64,000 nt of DNA from an uncultured Methanosarcinaceae archaeon. Lineage in GTDB: Archaea > Halobacteriota > Methanosarcinia > Methanosarcinales > Methanosarcinaceae. This document shows positions 1 through 10,178 of this stretch, in pieces. The first letter of the stretch is position 1; each line of letters begins with the position of its first letter. The notes under the pieces are model-generated. The model saw nothing but the letters and a program-made list of their open reading frames with translations. It was not told where the DNA came from and searched no databases. Both the position numbers and the translations under genes were made by a program. The stretch lies in the NCBI GenBank assembly GCA_963721455.1, contig CAVRJG010000054.1:32001-96000 (forward strand), read 5' to 3'.

Positions 1-355
1 ATACATAGAAAACGTTATTTTCTTCAAAGTCGAGGCGGGTCCTGAGGTTTCTGACCAATCTCTTCTTTTCCTTCATAAGCTGGTGCTCTATGTCAGAAAA
101 GTTAAGGTGCCAGAGATATGTCAACCATCCGCTGTTTGAATCTCTCTCCCTGCGGCAGACTGCAAATTTATTTTCATAAAGTATGAAGAGATTTCTTCTC
201 ACAGTGTTCAGCAGAACCCCGCTCTTTGCTGCAACTTCCTCATCAGTAACCTCGCCTTCGGGCATTTCTTCTATCATTTTGAGCCCGTCTTCCCCTACAA
301 GGCTCATGAGATATCCTCTAATTACCTTGTCATTTAAATCGACCAACGTGTTCAC
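1..355 (-). CDS. tfe: Transcription factor E alpha (TFE), runs off the window edge
   Basis: Hand translation of the minus strand gives VDLNDKVIRGYL...VTDEEVAAKSGVLLNTVRRNLFILYENK...RERDSNSGWLTYLW, the TFE winged helix. Start is GTG 355 or TTG 346. Not in the ORF track. Confidence 0.9.
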   Translation of the reverse strand, partial: MNTLVDLNDKVIRGYLMSLVGEDGLKMIEEMPEGEVTDEEVAAKSGVLLNTVRRNLFILYENKFAVCRRERDSNSGWLTYLWHLNFSDIEHQLMKEKKRLVRNLRTRLDFEENNVFYV

Positions 356-458
356 CTCAAATCCCTATCTGAATTGCACATATTAGTATTAAAGTTTACA
401 TTCCGTTTTCCGGAAGCTTTCTATAACTGGAAAAATTATATTTTCGGCAACCTGAATT

Positions 459-1682
459 TTATACCTTTTCAACAGGGCTCAGGCATTCCTGCTGTTTCTT
501 CGCTCGATTTTCAATAAAAGTCTTTATCCGATTTGCCCCTCTTTCAAGCGACAGGACTGCCTCTTCCCTGGTAGAGGTGCATGCGAACAGGGAAGTAAGA
601 GGGCCGTCAGGCTCTGCAACAGTTCCCTGGAATGGAATGTCAGCGCCCTTTTCCCTGAGAATGAAGTCCATGAGCTTTCTGTCTATAAATAGCTCTCTAT
701 CCGAGTACATTACCCCCCTTGCAGCAAAACATTTAGCGTCGGGTTTTTCAGGAAGTTCGCCTCTAAAGCAGCCGGCATGGGCCTCAAAAAGGTTAATGCT
801 CATCGCCTTCTCGACAGTATCAAGGCTTCCCTGGAACCTGGGGTTTATCTCAAGTACTACAGGCCCTTTTTCCGAAACCAGGAAGTCCACTCCATTTGAG
901 CCCATGAGCTTGAATTCGAGCACCAGCTCTTCAGCAAAAGTTTCCATTTGCTCTGCCTGCTCTGTCCTGAAAGGAGTTATATTTCCGCAATAGGCAAAGG
1001 GCAGCCGCGAAAGCCAGGGTATTCCTATCAACTGTTCATTCACAGCCACCGAAAGAGCTTCATTCTTTGTAGAAAGCAAAGAGACGCTTGAAGGTGTTCC
1101 TTCCAGGAAGTCCTGTATAACGATCGTCTCTTCCGTAGATTCCGGATCCAGCCTGGATAGCTCATCGAGGACAGCTAAAAGCTCCTTTCTGCTCCCTGCC
1201 ACCCGGTTAAAAATTCCCCCTCCTCCTGAGGCTGGCTTAACCATAACCGGATATTCGATTGCATCTAATTCTTCTGGAGAATAACAGCATGGGTGAGGAA
1301 TTCCAAGGGCCTCAAGCCTTTTTGAAAGGTACAGCTTGTTTGAAGCCTTCTGCATGGCGTCCGGACTGCTGGCAAGCACAGGGCAGGAAAAACTATTGTG
1401 GTCAAGCATTTCCAGCCCTGAGCCGGGAACAAGGGCATCAAACTCCACTCCGAATGCAGCCATTTGAGCTTTTATCCGGGTAACATCGAGCTGATGCAGT
1501 TCCTTTACAGTCCTGCACTCTAGAAGAGCCGATGCGAATGAGCATTCTTGCAGGTCAAGATCACGGAAAGCATCTATAGAGCAGACCGTATAGCCAGCTC
1601 TGCTTGCGGAGCAGACAACATTTCTTGTATTAAATCCGATTACAAGGATATTCTGCATATTTCCTCTGTCTGGATTTATCAC
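459..1682 (-). CDS. ATP-grasp domain protein
   Basis: VMVKPASGGGG, IQDFLEG and VLEINPRFQGS ATP-grasp motifs. Confidence 0.85.
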   Translation of the reverse strand: MINPDRGNMQNILVIGFNTRNVVCSASRAGYTVCSIDAFRDLDLQECSFASALLECRTVKELHQLDVTRIKAQMAAFGVEFDALVPGSGLEMLDHNSFSCPVLASSPDAMQKASNKLYLSKRLEALGIPHPCCYSPEELDAIEYPVMVKPASGGGGIFNRVAGSRKELLAVLDELSRLDPESTEETIVIQDFLEGTPSSVSLLSTKNEALSVAVNEQLIGIPWLSRLPFAYCGNITPFRTEQAEQMETFAEELVLEFKLMGSNGVDFLVSEKGPVVLEINPRFQGSLDTVEKAMSINLFEAHAGCFRGELPEKPDAKCFAARGVMYSDRELFIDRKLMDFILREKGADIPFQGTVAEPDGPLTSLFACTSTREEAVLSLERGANRIKTFIENRAKKQQECLSPVEKV

Positions 1683-2743
1683 TTTGCCTGCGGAATTTCG
1701 GAATGTGCCAGCGCAAAGATTCCATACGGGGTTTTCAGGACAGGGATTTCGCTTCCTGCTTCAGCATTGAGTGACACCGGTTTCTTTATGGCAACAGTTT
1801 CATAGGTTTCAGGGTCGAGTACCAGAATTGCGTTTTCTTCGATTGAAACCAGTACTGTCAGAACCGTATTCCCTCTATCGGCCACTTTCTCTGCACCTTT
1901 CAATTCCTCAGGAGTTGAGATGAATCTGGAACCATCCTCAAGAGAAATCCCATTGACTTTTTTTCCTGAACTCTTGATCTGGATGACCTTTCCTCTGAAC
2001 CTGATCACATCTCCTGGCCTGAACTCTGGAAGACGTATGGCAAAAGTAATCCTGTACAGGTTTTTTCCGTCTTTCACCCCTACAAGGGTAGGGGATTCGG
2101 AAAAGCTGCCCCCCAGTTCGGAGGTGATTAACCTGCAGACCTGCCTGCTGGCGTTCATGGAACCCATGTAAAGGTCGATTCCTTCCTTCTGTTCAAGGAA
2201 CTCGCTTATAAACGCGAGGCGGTCTCCTTTTTTCTTCATGCTCTCCATGGCTTCCCTGGCAATGGCAGAGCAGCGCCTTCTCTCCTCTTCAGTAGGTAAC
2301 CTGCCTGCTGCCCTTATCTGGATAATTGCTTCAAAATACCCCCCGGACTCCCGGCTGCACATATCGCAGGCTGTCCGCTGAATCCTTACTTCGGTCTCAG
2401 CTTCTGCATGGACAGTTTCTTCTCTGACCACTGCATCGACCTCTGCCCTCACCATATATATGTAGGGAGTAATTTCCCTGGGCTCGAGATAGACCTCCAC
2501 ATCCCCGGCTTCACTGTGGATGAATAGGGCATTTTCTACGGCTTTTAGCATCACATCTTCGACACTACCAACATCTTCCCACCGGCTTCTATGAAAGTAT
2601 GCTCCGCAATTTGAACATATCCTTACATGGAGGACAAGGGGCAGTTCGATGAGTTTGAAGGCTTCAAAAAAGCAGTCCCTGCAAACGGAGTCAAAGAGGT
2701 TATCGCATTCTCTGCCGCATCTTGGGCATGTAATGGAATTCAT
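1679..2743 (-). CDS. NMD3 family ribosome-biogenesis protein
   Basis: Four CxxC pairs and YFEAIIQIR motif. Confidence 0.9.
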   Translation of the reverse strand: MNSITCPRCGRECDNLFDSVCRDCFFEAFKLIELPLVLHVRICSNCGAYFHRSRWEDVGSVEDVMLKAVENALFIHSEAGDVEVYLEPREITPYIYMVRAEVDAVVREETVHAEAETEVRIQRTACDMCSRESGGYFEAIIQIRAAGRLPTEEERRRCSAIAREAMESMKKKGDRLAFISEFLEQKEGIDLYMGSMNASRQVCRLITSELGGSFSESPTLVGVKDGKNLYRITFAIRLPEFRPGDVIRFRGKVIQIKSSGKKVNGISLEDGSRFISTPEELKGAEKVADRGNTVLTVLVSIEENAILVLDPETYETVAIKKPVSLNAEAGSEIPVLKTPYGIFALAHSEIPQAK

Positions 2744-3030
2744 CTGTAATCCTTACTGATAGTCTTCTTGGAGTAGTGAATTTTTAAAATTTTCAGGAAG
2801 TAAAATTCCTGCAGTATAAACTTGAGCAGTTCACCTGTTAAGTACGCTCATGCTATTTAAAAATAGCTGGATTTGCTAATTTTATCTGTGAGTATCCAAG
2901 TCCCCTGATTTTCTGGAATGCAAAATCAACAAAAACATATATGCCAATTTCAAACGGATTTTTAAAAATATATAGTTTAGGCATCTGTTAAATGAGTATT
3001 TGCCTTATATAAATATTTCCCGCCCGAATT

Positions 3031-3090
3031 GCCCGAGTTTCGCTTCGGGAGCACGAAGTCCTTTTCGCTGCGCTCAAGAGGACGAATTTA
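3031..3090. repeat. Dispersed 60-bp two-hairpin intergenic repeat, copy 1
   Basis: GCCCGAGTTTCGCTTCGGGAGCACGAAGTCCTTTTCGCTGCGCTCAAGAGGACGAATTTA; 57/60 identical to 23222-23281. Confidence 0.9.
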
Positions 3091-3404
3091 CAAAAATCAT
3101 ATATTTCTGTGCCTCCAGTTGTATGTGCAGTCTCTTCACTTGATTACTAACTAAATTTACTACTGTGTTCTCGAATTTAGTGATAAACACAAAATTAAAA
3201 CTCCTAAATTTTGAGACTGACTAGGCTTTGTTGTAAAAATGTTATCTGTTTATTAATCCCTAACCATCAAATAATCTTTATAACGTGGGTGTGTATAGGT
3301 AATCATATAAAGTGTAATTTATTTTTGTAACTTTAACCCATATGACGTGATAACATAGATTATATTTTTGAATTTATTTCAATAGCAATTATCCTCATAG
3401 TGCT

Positions 3405-4200
3405 TTGGTTTACTATTTTGGAGTACTTTGGGGATGTACACACGTTGAAGAATATGGTAAAGCAGATTGTTATATCGCTAGTATTTTCTTTATTATCGTG
3501 TACTTGTTACCGCCGTGTGCATTAACACTTCTTATTGAAGAAAATTATACACACTTCCTCCATTTATTATATTTCTCCGAATTCTCAAGTTTTAACCAAA
3601 TAGCTTCAAGTTTTAACCAAACAATTGACGCAAATTGGTTTGTTATCATATGTGTTATCATAGGCATAGGTTTGCAAATAATTATGTTAAAGTCCGTTAG
3701 CCAGAATAATAAACGATACGAGTCGCGATATAACCTGGAAGCTTGTGAAAATCAACATGATGGACTATTAATAGACTTTATAAGAGGCATAATTTCTGAT
3801 TTTCATTTTCACGCAGATAATAGTATTTTACAAAAAACTTTTCTACATGAAAACAGTATTTGGAGATCATGTCGAACATATTTTACTTTTTCTCATTTCA
3901 TGTCTCGTAATTTTTATTAATTATATTTTTTATAAAATTGAAGTGCCCCATGCAATTATTTTGTTGTCTTGTGGCATTGCTTTCTTAACTTTTGCAAATA
4001 TTGTTTTTTCTGTTGGACACAGCGAAGCTTATTATCACACAGCTAGAATATATTTGAAAAACGGGGAAATTATTAAAGGAACTATTTTGAAATTTGGAAA
4101 TTATGTCTCTTTATTAGCAGATGATAAAAAATATTTAGTTTTAATTAATAGAGATGATATAAGTTATATTGAAGAAATCGGACTTACGCAGTTGAACTGA
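3405..4200 (+). pseudogene. AT-rich membrane-protein gene apparently split by a frameshift (ORFs 3405-3920 and 3847-4200)
   Basis: Overlapping hydrophobic ORFs; the C-terminal part (ARIYLKNGEIIKGTILKFGNYVSL...INRDDISYIE) looks like a small Sm-like beta barrel. Confidence 0.45.
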
Positions 4201-4337
4201 GAAACTGGTAGCATAAAATTTCAAAATGTTTAATTCATATATTTATATCGGAAATGCAAGGAAGCCAAGTCTATTAAAAAATCAGAGTTTTTTGCAAGGC
4301 TTAAAGCCACCTTAATAAAAAATAGGAACTGCAATTT

Positions 4338-4374
4338 AAAAAAAGAAAAAAAGTTCCGTGTCAAAAGACACGGA
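4338..4374 (-). terminator. Terminator of the cdh operon
   Basis: Hairpin TCCGTGTC-AAAA-GACACGGA followed on the minus strand by T tracts, just after the cdhE stop. Confidence 0.6.
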
Positions 4375-4401
4375 TATGCCGTTTTCAATTCACATTTGGA
4401 C

Positions 4402-5811
4402 TTATTTTTTGGGTGGCCAATTCTTCTCGATCCAGCCGGGGATACGGCCGGAGTCCATTGGGCCCACCATGACTTTTGCACCAAGTGTATCTTCGAGGTC
4501 ACCCTGCAGACGGGCTGAGAGACCTGGGATGATAAGGGTGTTGTGGTTTGTGTCCCTCTTGAGGTCGAAACCAGCCTTTTCAAAGGCGTCCTTTACCTTG
4601 GCAGAATTCAGCTGACCACCGGCAGCAGCAGCTTCCACACCAATACCATCGGTGTCAACTGCAAGCAGCCAGCATACGATGCCATTTGCTGAGATATCGC
4701 TTTCTACTGTGTAGTAGGTAAGGGCGAAGTTGGTGGTGAAGAACACCGGAGAGTCTTTGTCCGGGGCTCCAACCTTGTACATACCTCCATCCACGGAGAC
4801 AGGAGTCCTCGGGTCGGTGTATATGGTCTCTGCTAGGTGCATTTCAGGCAGGGCGGCATATGGCTCCAGGCTGTGGAGGACCATGATGTCGCCGTATCTG
4901 ATGGTGAAGATTGAGGCCATAACGGTTTCCCAGTAGGAGGCACTGACAGGGTCTGCAATTCCTGCCATCCAGGCTGTGAGTGGGAGAGCCATGATCGGGT
5001 ATGCGATCTCGGTGTCGCCCATAATGCCTGCTCTCCTGATTTTCAGGAAGTTGGTGAAGGTGTCCTTCAGGCCTTTGCCGCTCGGGTAGGTTCCAGGGTC
5101 AAGCACAATGTCCTTGATGCCTGCTTCTGCGAAAGTCTTTGCAAGGGTCTTAAGAGCATCGAGGTCATTGAAGGCTGAAACTACCACAGGTACATTGTAC
5201 TCAAGGGCTAGTTCTCCTACTTCTTTCCAGTTGTCCTTGTTTGCAGCGTAGAGAAGAGGGTTCTTATCCTTAGCTACTTCAAGTCCTGCTTTAAGGACTG
5301 CAGGATTAAAGGAACAGAGGATCATAGGCAAACCTACTTCGGCTACCTTCTTGACTGCAGCAGCGAACTTTGCCGGGTCGTTGGAAGCGGCCCTGATTGC
5401 CACACCGTCAAGAACAAGGTTGCGTCCCACATAGAACTTCTTGTAGTCAGCAATCTTATTTACCCTCTCAATAAGGGCAGCTTCTTCCATGTTGTCTGAA
5501 ACATCGAAGAACATCTTTGTCTTATTGAAGAAGGTGAGCTTGTGGCGGTACAGGACATCGTCCCCACCGATATTTGCTGCCCTTTCGCCTACTCCTATGG
5601 TAACCTGGCGGATTTCAGGGGCAAGGAGACGATCGAGTTCTGCAAGTTTCTTTGCATACTTCTTTTCCTTGACTAGCGGGGGACAATTTTCAGTCTTGCC
5701 GGATCTGTCGATCAGCTTGGAAGCAAATGCCATACATGTAGGCTCACCACATTCTCCACAGTTGGTCTGTGGGAGGTACTTGTAAGCTTCTAATGGGCTG
5801 TTTATTTTCAT
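4402..5811 (-). CDS. cdhE: ACDS complex gamma subunit (corrinoid Fe-S protein, large subunit)
   Basis: LPQTNCGECGEPTCMAFA...CP Fe-S motif, TTNFALTYYTVESDI, operon position. Confidence 0.97.
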   Translation of the reverse strand: MKINSPLEAYKYLPQTNCGECGEPTCMAFASKLIDRSGKTENCPPLVKEKKYAKKLAELDRLLAPEIRQVTIGVGERAANIGGDDVLYRHKLTFFNKTKMFFDVSDNMEEAALIERVNKIADYKKFYVGRNLVLDGVAIRAASNDPAKFAAAVKKVAEVGLPMILCSFNPAVLKAGLEVAKDKNPLLYAANKDNWKEVGELALEYNVPVVVSAFNDLDALKTLAKTFAEAGIKDIVLDPGTYPSGKGLKDTFTNFLKIRRAGIMGDTEIAYPIMALPLTAWMAGIADPVSASYWETVMASIFTIRYGDIMVLHSLEPYAALPEMHLAETIYTDPRTPVSVDGGMYKVGAPDKDSPVFFTTNFALTYYTVESDISANGIVCWLLAVDTDGIGVEAAAAGGQLNSAKVKDAFEKAGFDLKRDTNHNTLIIPGLSARLQGDLEDTLGAKVMVGPMDSGRIPGWIEKNWPPKK

Positions 5812-5814
5812 GTT

Positions 5815-7140
5815 TTACACCTCCGATCCGATCCAGTTGGCAATGTCAACAGGTTCTGCCTCAACTAAACCGAAGAGGGACTGGGTTATATGCTTCAGAA
5901 CAGCAACCGATGTCGGGTGCATCATCATGAAGAGATCGTTCCCTGCAATTGCAAGAGATAGACCTGTAACGATTTCCCAGATAGGACCTCTGTATTCTCT
6001 CGGGCCCCAGTCAGAGTCCTGTTTCAATGGAGAGCCAACCATCCATGATTCACGGGCACCCCATGCATTTGTGGTACCTGAGGACATCGGGAAAGTCAGT
6101 TCGTCATCACCCATAAGGGCTGCAAGACGGATACGCTCCATGTTGGTGTAGGCGTAGTCGAGACCATACCCGAGGGCTGCAGTTGTTGGGTCCATGATGA
6201 TTCTGTCTCTGGGCACATTGCACTGCTTCATGAGTTTCCTGTTAAGCTCCTTCTGGGCGTTCATGTCCAGCTGGGTCCAGGAAAGCACGTCGTGGTCGTA
6301 TTTTAATGCGGCTTCTGCAATCTTGGCGTAGTCAAGATTCAGGCTGGCAGATGCAAGGAGACAGCGTTCGCCTTCCGAAACTTCTGCTGCTTTTGAAAGA
6401 ACTTCGGGGTCCTTCTGTGGGTTCCCGGAACCGCCTATTGCGATTGGCACGTCTACAGCCTGCAGAACTTCTTCTACGGTCTTGGCTGCGTCCTTGGCTG
6501 ATGTGTCCTTGACGAGAGGGTCGGTTGAAATCAGGTGGATGGTAATCATGTCAGCGTTGAACTTGTCAACGTTCTTCTTTGCCCATTCTCCCGGGCTGTC
6601 CATGACTTCATCATAGTTCTCCTTGACAGATTTTGCAAGCCCGATACGCATGTCGAATACGTCAATAGTTACCTGGTTCCTGTGTGGCATCGGAGCGTCA
6701 AAGTAGAACGGAAGGGCTTTTTCGCCACCAAGCATGACCTGCTTGCCACGGGTTCCACCGTCTGCAGAGGTATTGCCTATGGGGACTTCCTGGATCTGAG
6801 TTGTCCATTCTGCAATGTTTGCAACATCGAATTTGGCAGGAATGAGATCCTTAAGTTTCGGGGCTGCCAGAGCAGGGGAAATTGCAGGAGATGCGGCACC
6901 AGCTGCGGGGGCACCCATGCCTACAGGGTAGCCGAACATGCCAGCAAGTCTTCCGAAGTGCTGTGCAAGTACTGCACTCTCCTGTCCGAGGATAGCAGCA
7001 AGCATCGGGTCAAAGCCTCCTCCGCCGAGTCCACTGAGATCAATCTCAATGTCCCCTTCTATAGTTACACCTTCAAGGGACAATATATCCATACCCTTAA
7101 ACATGTCTGTCATTTCTGATAACTTAACTTTCTTTGCCAT
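5815..7140 (-). CDS. cdhD: ACDS complex delta subunit
   Basis: [30 protein letters not shown] motifs. Confidence 0.97.
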   Translation of the reverse strand: MAKKVKLSEMTDMFKGMDILSLEGVTIEGDIEIDLSGLGGGGFDPMLAAILGQESAVLAQHFGRLAGMFGYPVGMGAPAAGAASPAISPALAAPKLKDLIPAKFDVANIAEWTTQIQEVPIGNTSADGGTRGKQVMLGGEKALPFYFDAPMPHRNQVTIDVFDMRIGLAKSVKENYDEVMDSPGEWAKKNVDKFNADMITIHLISTDPLVKDTSAKDAAKTVEEVLQAVDVPIAIGGSGNPQKDPEVLSKAAEVSEGERCLLASASLNLDYAKIAEAALKYDHDVLSWTQLDMNAQKELNRKLMKQCNVPRDRIIMDPTTAALGYGLDYAYTNMERIRLAALMGDDELTFPMSSGTTNAWGARESWMVGSPLKQDSDWGPREYRGPIWEIVTGLSLAIAGNDLFMMMHPTSVAVLKHITQSLFGLVEAEPVDIANWIGSEV

Positions 7141-7404
7141 GTAAACCTCACCTTTTCTGTAAGTTTTCCATTTTGATGAGTGACTGTGTAAGTAAATGAT
7201 GTAATACAGAGTGATGTAATACAGATTTATTTCCGAATATTTTCCCTGAGATAAACAGAGACCGGGGCAGAAATAGATCCTGCTCCGTTAGTTTATGATG
7301 ATTTCTAATTCCGTCTCATGCCCTGAAAAAGGGCACAGGGACCCGGTTTTCTTTTCCGGTATGGTTCTCTGCAATATCCACACGTCCAAATGGAAGCTAA
7401 GGTT

Positions 7405-8166
7405 TTAGAGCCCCAGTTTTTGTACGATATTTTTGATTTCTACTGCAGCAATCGAGTCATCCGAGATTTCGAAGAGGGGTATGCCTTTTATATCCATTTC
7501 CTCGATTTTCGGGTCGAGCGGTATCATACCTATCATGTTAAGTTTCAGGTCCCCGGCCAGTTTTACAAGCTCTTCACGGTTGGCTTCTGTAACCTTGTTT
7601 GCAATAACGTGAATTCTACCAACATTTGAGTCCAGCTCATTCACAAGTTCATGAATTCTTTCAGCAGTCCTGAATCCCCTTCGAGAGGCGTCGGTTACGA
7701 CAATAAGGTCATCGATATCCCGGATAATTTTCCGGCTGAAATGCTCAAGCCCGGCCTCCGCATCAATGACAACCACATCATAATTTATGATCAGTTTGTC
7801 CATGATGCCTCTGAGGAGGTTATTTACATAACAGTAACAGCCTGAACCTTCGGGCCGGCCCATAACCAGGAGGTCATATCCATCCTTCTCTTCGATGATC
7901 TCATAGACTCTGCTCTTAAGTATGGACTCCTTATTCATATCGGGGTTATCAGGCCTCGGTTTGATGATCTCAGCCTGCAGGAACTCCTTAGCATCCCCGA
8001 TTGTTTTTACGTTCTCACAGCCAAGGGTTTCGGGCAGGTTAGTGTCTGCATCTGCATCAACTGCCAGTGTAAACGTCCCTTTTTTGGAAAGGTAGCGGAT
8101 CAGAAGAGCCGCTACCGCTGTTTTACCAGTCCCACCTTTTCCCGTTATTGCAATTACTTTCGTCAC
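7405..8166 (-). CDS. cooC: CooC/AcsF-type nickel-insertion ATPase
   Basis: GKGGTGKT, GCYC, DAEAGLEHFSR. Likely GTG start at 8166. Confidence 0.9.
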   Translation of the reverse strand: MTKVIAITGKGGTGKTAVAALLIRYLSKKGTFTLAVDADADTNLPETLGCENVKTIGDAKEFLQAEIIKPRPDNPDMNKESILKSRVYEIIEEKDGYDLLVMGRPEGSGCYCYVNNLLRGIMDKLIINYDVVVIDAEAGLEHFSRKIIRDIDDLIVVTDASRRGFRTAERIHELVNELDSNVGRIHVIANKVTEANREELVKLAGDLKLNMIGMIPLDPKIEEMDIKGIPLFEISDDSIAAVEIKNIVQKLGL

Positions 8167-8227
8167 AGAATACCCCTTTGGATTGTTTTTCGGTTTTAGA
8201 CTATTGCCTGTCGTCACTCAATTATTT

Positions 8228-9640
8228 TTATTCCTTCTTCTCACTGATGACCATTCTTTCAATGGATATCTTTGCCTTCTTGAAGGTGATCTTTATTCCA
8301 CCAGCTTTACCAGCAGACATCATTGGCATTGAAGCCATTGCAGGCATCTGGAAACCGGCTGCAGGCATCATCATTGGAGCTGCAGCAGCAGCTACTTCCT
8401 CTTCTTCTTCCTCTTCTTCCTCTTCTTCTTCCGCAGCTGCCCAGGTGGCGACAATCGGGTGGTTCTTGTCCTGGAGGAAGGCTTTCAGAGACTGGATGTC
8501 AGTTGCATCTTTCTCGGTTGCAATCTTGTCCTTGAGGTCAGCAGGGATGGTTTCGTCGATCTTTTCCTTGAGCATCGAGGGGAGCCAGACAACTCTGTTC
8601 CAGCCGCCGTCAGCCTGGATGAACTTAGGGGAATAGAAGTAGGCGACACCGATACCGAGGAAACCTACGATCTGCTTTCCACCGCCTGTCTGACCGGCCA
8701 TAGTGGAGAAACCAATACCGTTAGGGGCCATTCCCTGGTATTCTCTGTTAACCCAGCCGATACCATCGACTTCAGGAATGTAGAACCCGACTACTTCAAA
8801 GCAGCCGCAGGATGTGTGTGGGGAGCTGAAGAAGGAGTGGAGTTTAATCTTGTCGAATTCGCCGGCGGAGAGTTTCTTGGCAATATCGTTCACACCGGAG
8901 TATTCACCGGTACTGGCATCGAGAAGCTTACCTTTCTCAATTGCGAACTGTGGGCCTTCAGGGTCTACTTTTGCTGCTGCGCGGCCGTCGAACCAGTTGA
9001 TCGCACCGCAGAGGGAAACTCTGTCCGGGGAAACCACACAGACGTTGGTCGGAGCAAAGGACTGGCAGAGTGTGCATCCGTAGAAGACATCCACATCTTC
9101 GTCGCGCAGGTCTTTTGTCCTTAAATCTCTTGCCTTGAAGATCTCCTTTGCGGTTACGAGCTGCTTCTCGACTTCTTCCTTGTCGGTGTAGAAGGTCACC
9201 TGCATCTTCTCGATAAAGGGAAGTTCTGTCTTGAAGAGCATCATGACGGCTTTTCCGAAGGGTTCAAAAGAGTCCATCTTTGCAGCTGTGTCCTTGGAAA
9301 CTCTCATCCAGACATCGTACCTCTGGTTCAGGTGCATGATGCCCTGGCAGTAGTTGATGAAGTCGTGGACACGCCTTTCAACTACAGATTCGAGGTCAGC
9401 CTCTACAAGTTCTCCGCCGATGTTGAAGATCATTGCCCATGGGTAGGTCTTGCCCTCTTCCATATCTTTGAGGTCAGGACCAATGATTGTAACCTTGTCA
9501 TCTTCAATTGCATCCATGTCTGCTGCTCTGACGAGCTCGAGCCCGAGGGATTTCGGGCCGCCGAGTTCGACGAACATTCCTTCCTTTCTTACTCTTTCCC
9601 CTTCATACATTGGGGAAATCTCAAATGGGAATTCTGCCAT
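8228..9640 (-). CDS. cdhC: ACDS complex beta subunit (acetyl-CoA synthase)
   Basis: FYGCTLCQSFAP and PHTSCGCFE A-cluster motifs. Start at MAEFPF. Confidence 0.97.
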   Translation of the reverse strand: MAEFPFEISPMYEGERVRKEGMFVELGGPKSLGLELVRAADMDAIEDDKVTIIGPDLKDMEEGKTYPWAMIFNIGGELVEADLESVVERRVHDFINYCQGIMHLNQRYDVWMRVSKDTAAKMDSFEPFGKAVMMLFKTELPFIEKMQVTFYTDKEEVEKQLVTAKEIFKARDLRTKDLRDEDVDVFYGCTLCQSFAPTNVCVVSPDRVSLCGAINWFDGRAAAKVDPEGPQFAIEKGKLLDASTGEYSGVNDIAKKLSAGEFDKIKLHSFFSSPHTSCGCFEVVGFYIPEVDGIGWVNREYQGMAPNGIGFSTMAGQTGGGKQIVGFLGIGVAYFYSPKFIQADGGWNRVVWLPSMLKEKIDETIPADLKDKIATEKDATDIQSLKAFLQDKNHPIVATWAAAEEEEEEEEEEEEVAAAAAPMMMPAAGFQMPAMASMPMMSAGKAGGIKITFKKAKISIERMVISEKKE

Positions 9641-9663
9641 TGTGTTTTGCCTCCTAATCAAGT

Positions 9664-10176
9664 TTATAAAAGGTCAATTATCTCATCCAGTGCTTCAATC
9701 TGGTCTGCCCTGCTAATGTTTCCGAAGGACATTGTTGCGTTCTGGATGTATTTGTTGTCTATTGAAATCGATTTTACGTCACTGAAGTTTTTAGTTGCAG
9801 ACAGTACCTGGTTGATATAATACCTCATGTGGCCCAGGAGAATGATTGTGTCATAGTTCCCGTTGCCGTCAAGCCCTGGCCAGTTAGGGTCTGTCAGGTA
9901 AAAGCCAAGCTGGTGGAGGTTGATGTATTTGGCATTAACATCTTTGTCCACAAAACCCGGCATTGAGGTTCCGGTTGCTGCAATAGGGATGTTTTTTGCC
10001 TTTGCAATCTTCACTGCGCGGTCCAGAACATCGGGGTTGAGGACTCCGGTTCCTACCACTAAAAGCGGCCTCTTTGCCTTTGAAATCAGCTTGGCGGCAA
10101 TTTCCGGGCTGATGGCTCTTGAAGTCTTTACACCGTAGGTGGTAAACAGCTTTGTATTCTTGGTAGTGTCAACCAT
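9664..10176 (-). CDS. cdhB: ACDS complex epsilon subunit
   Basis: [12 protein letters not shown]..., [20 protein letters not shown]. Confidence 0.95.
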   Translation of the reverse strand: MVDTTKNTKLFTTYGVKTSRAISPEIAAKLISKAKRPLLVVGTGVLNPDVLDRAVKIAKAKNIPIAATGTSMPGFVDKDVNAKYINLHQLGFYLTDPNWPGLDGNGNYDTIILLGHMRYYINQVLSATKNFSDVKSISIDNKYIQNATMSFGNISRADQIEALDEIIDLL

Positions 10177-10178
10177 CT

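Noticed and set aside
3128-3219. Short CAGTCTC...GAGACTG inverted repeat, possible mini-element
   Set aside because: Only 7 bp and no target duplication; cannot be distinguished from chance or an IS scar.
7197-7225. TGATGTAATACAGA direct repeat between cooC and cdhD
   Set aside because: Two copies only; probably a local slippage duplication.
8395-8432. Poly-Glu / CTT run in cdhC
   Set aside because: The acidic linker is a normal feature of Methanosarcina CdhC.
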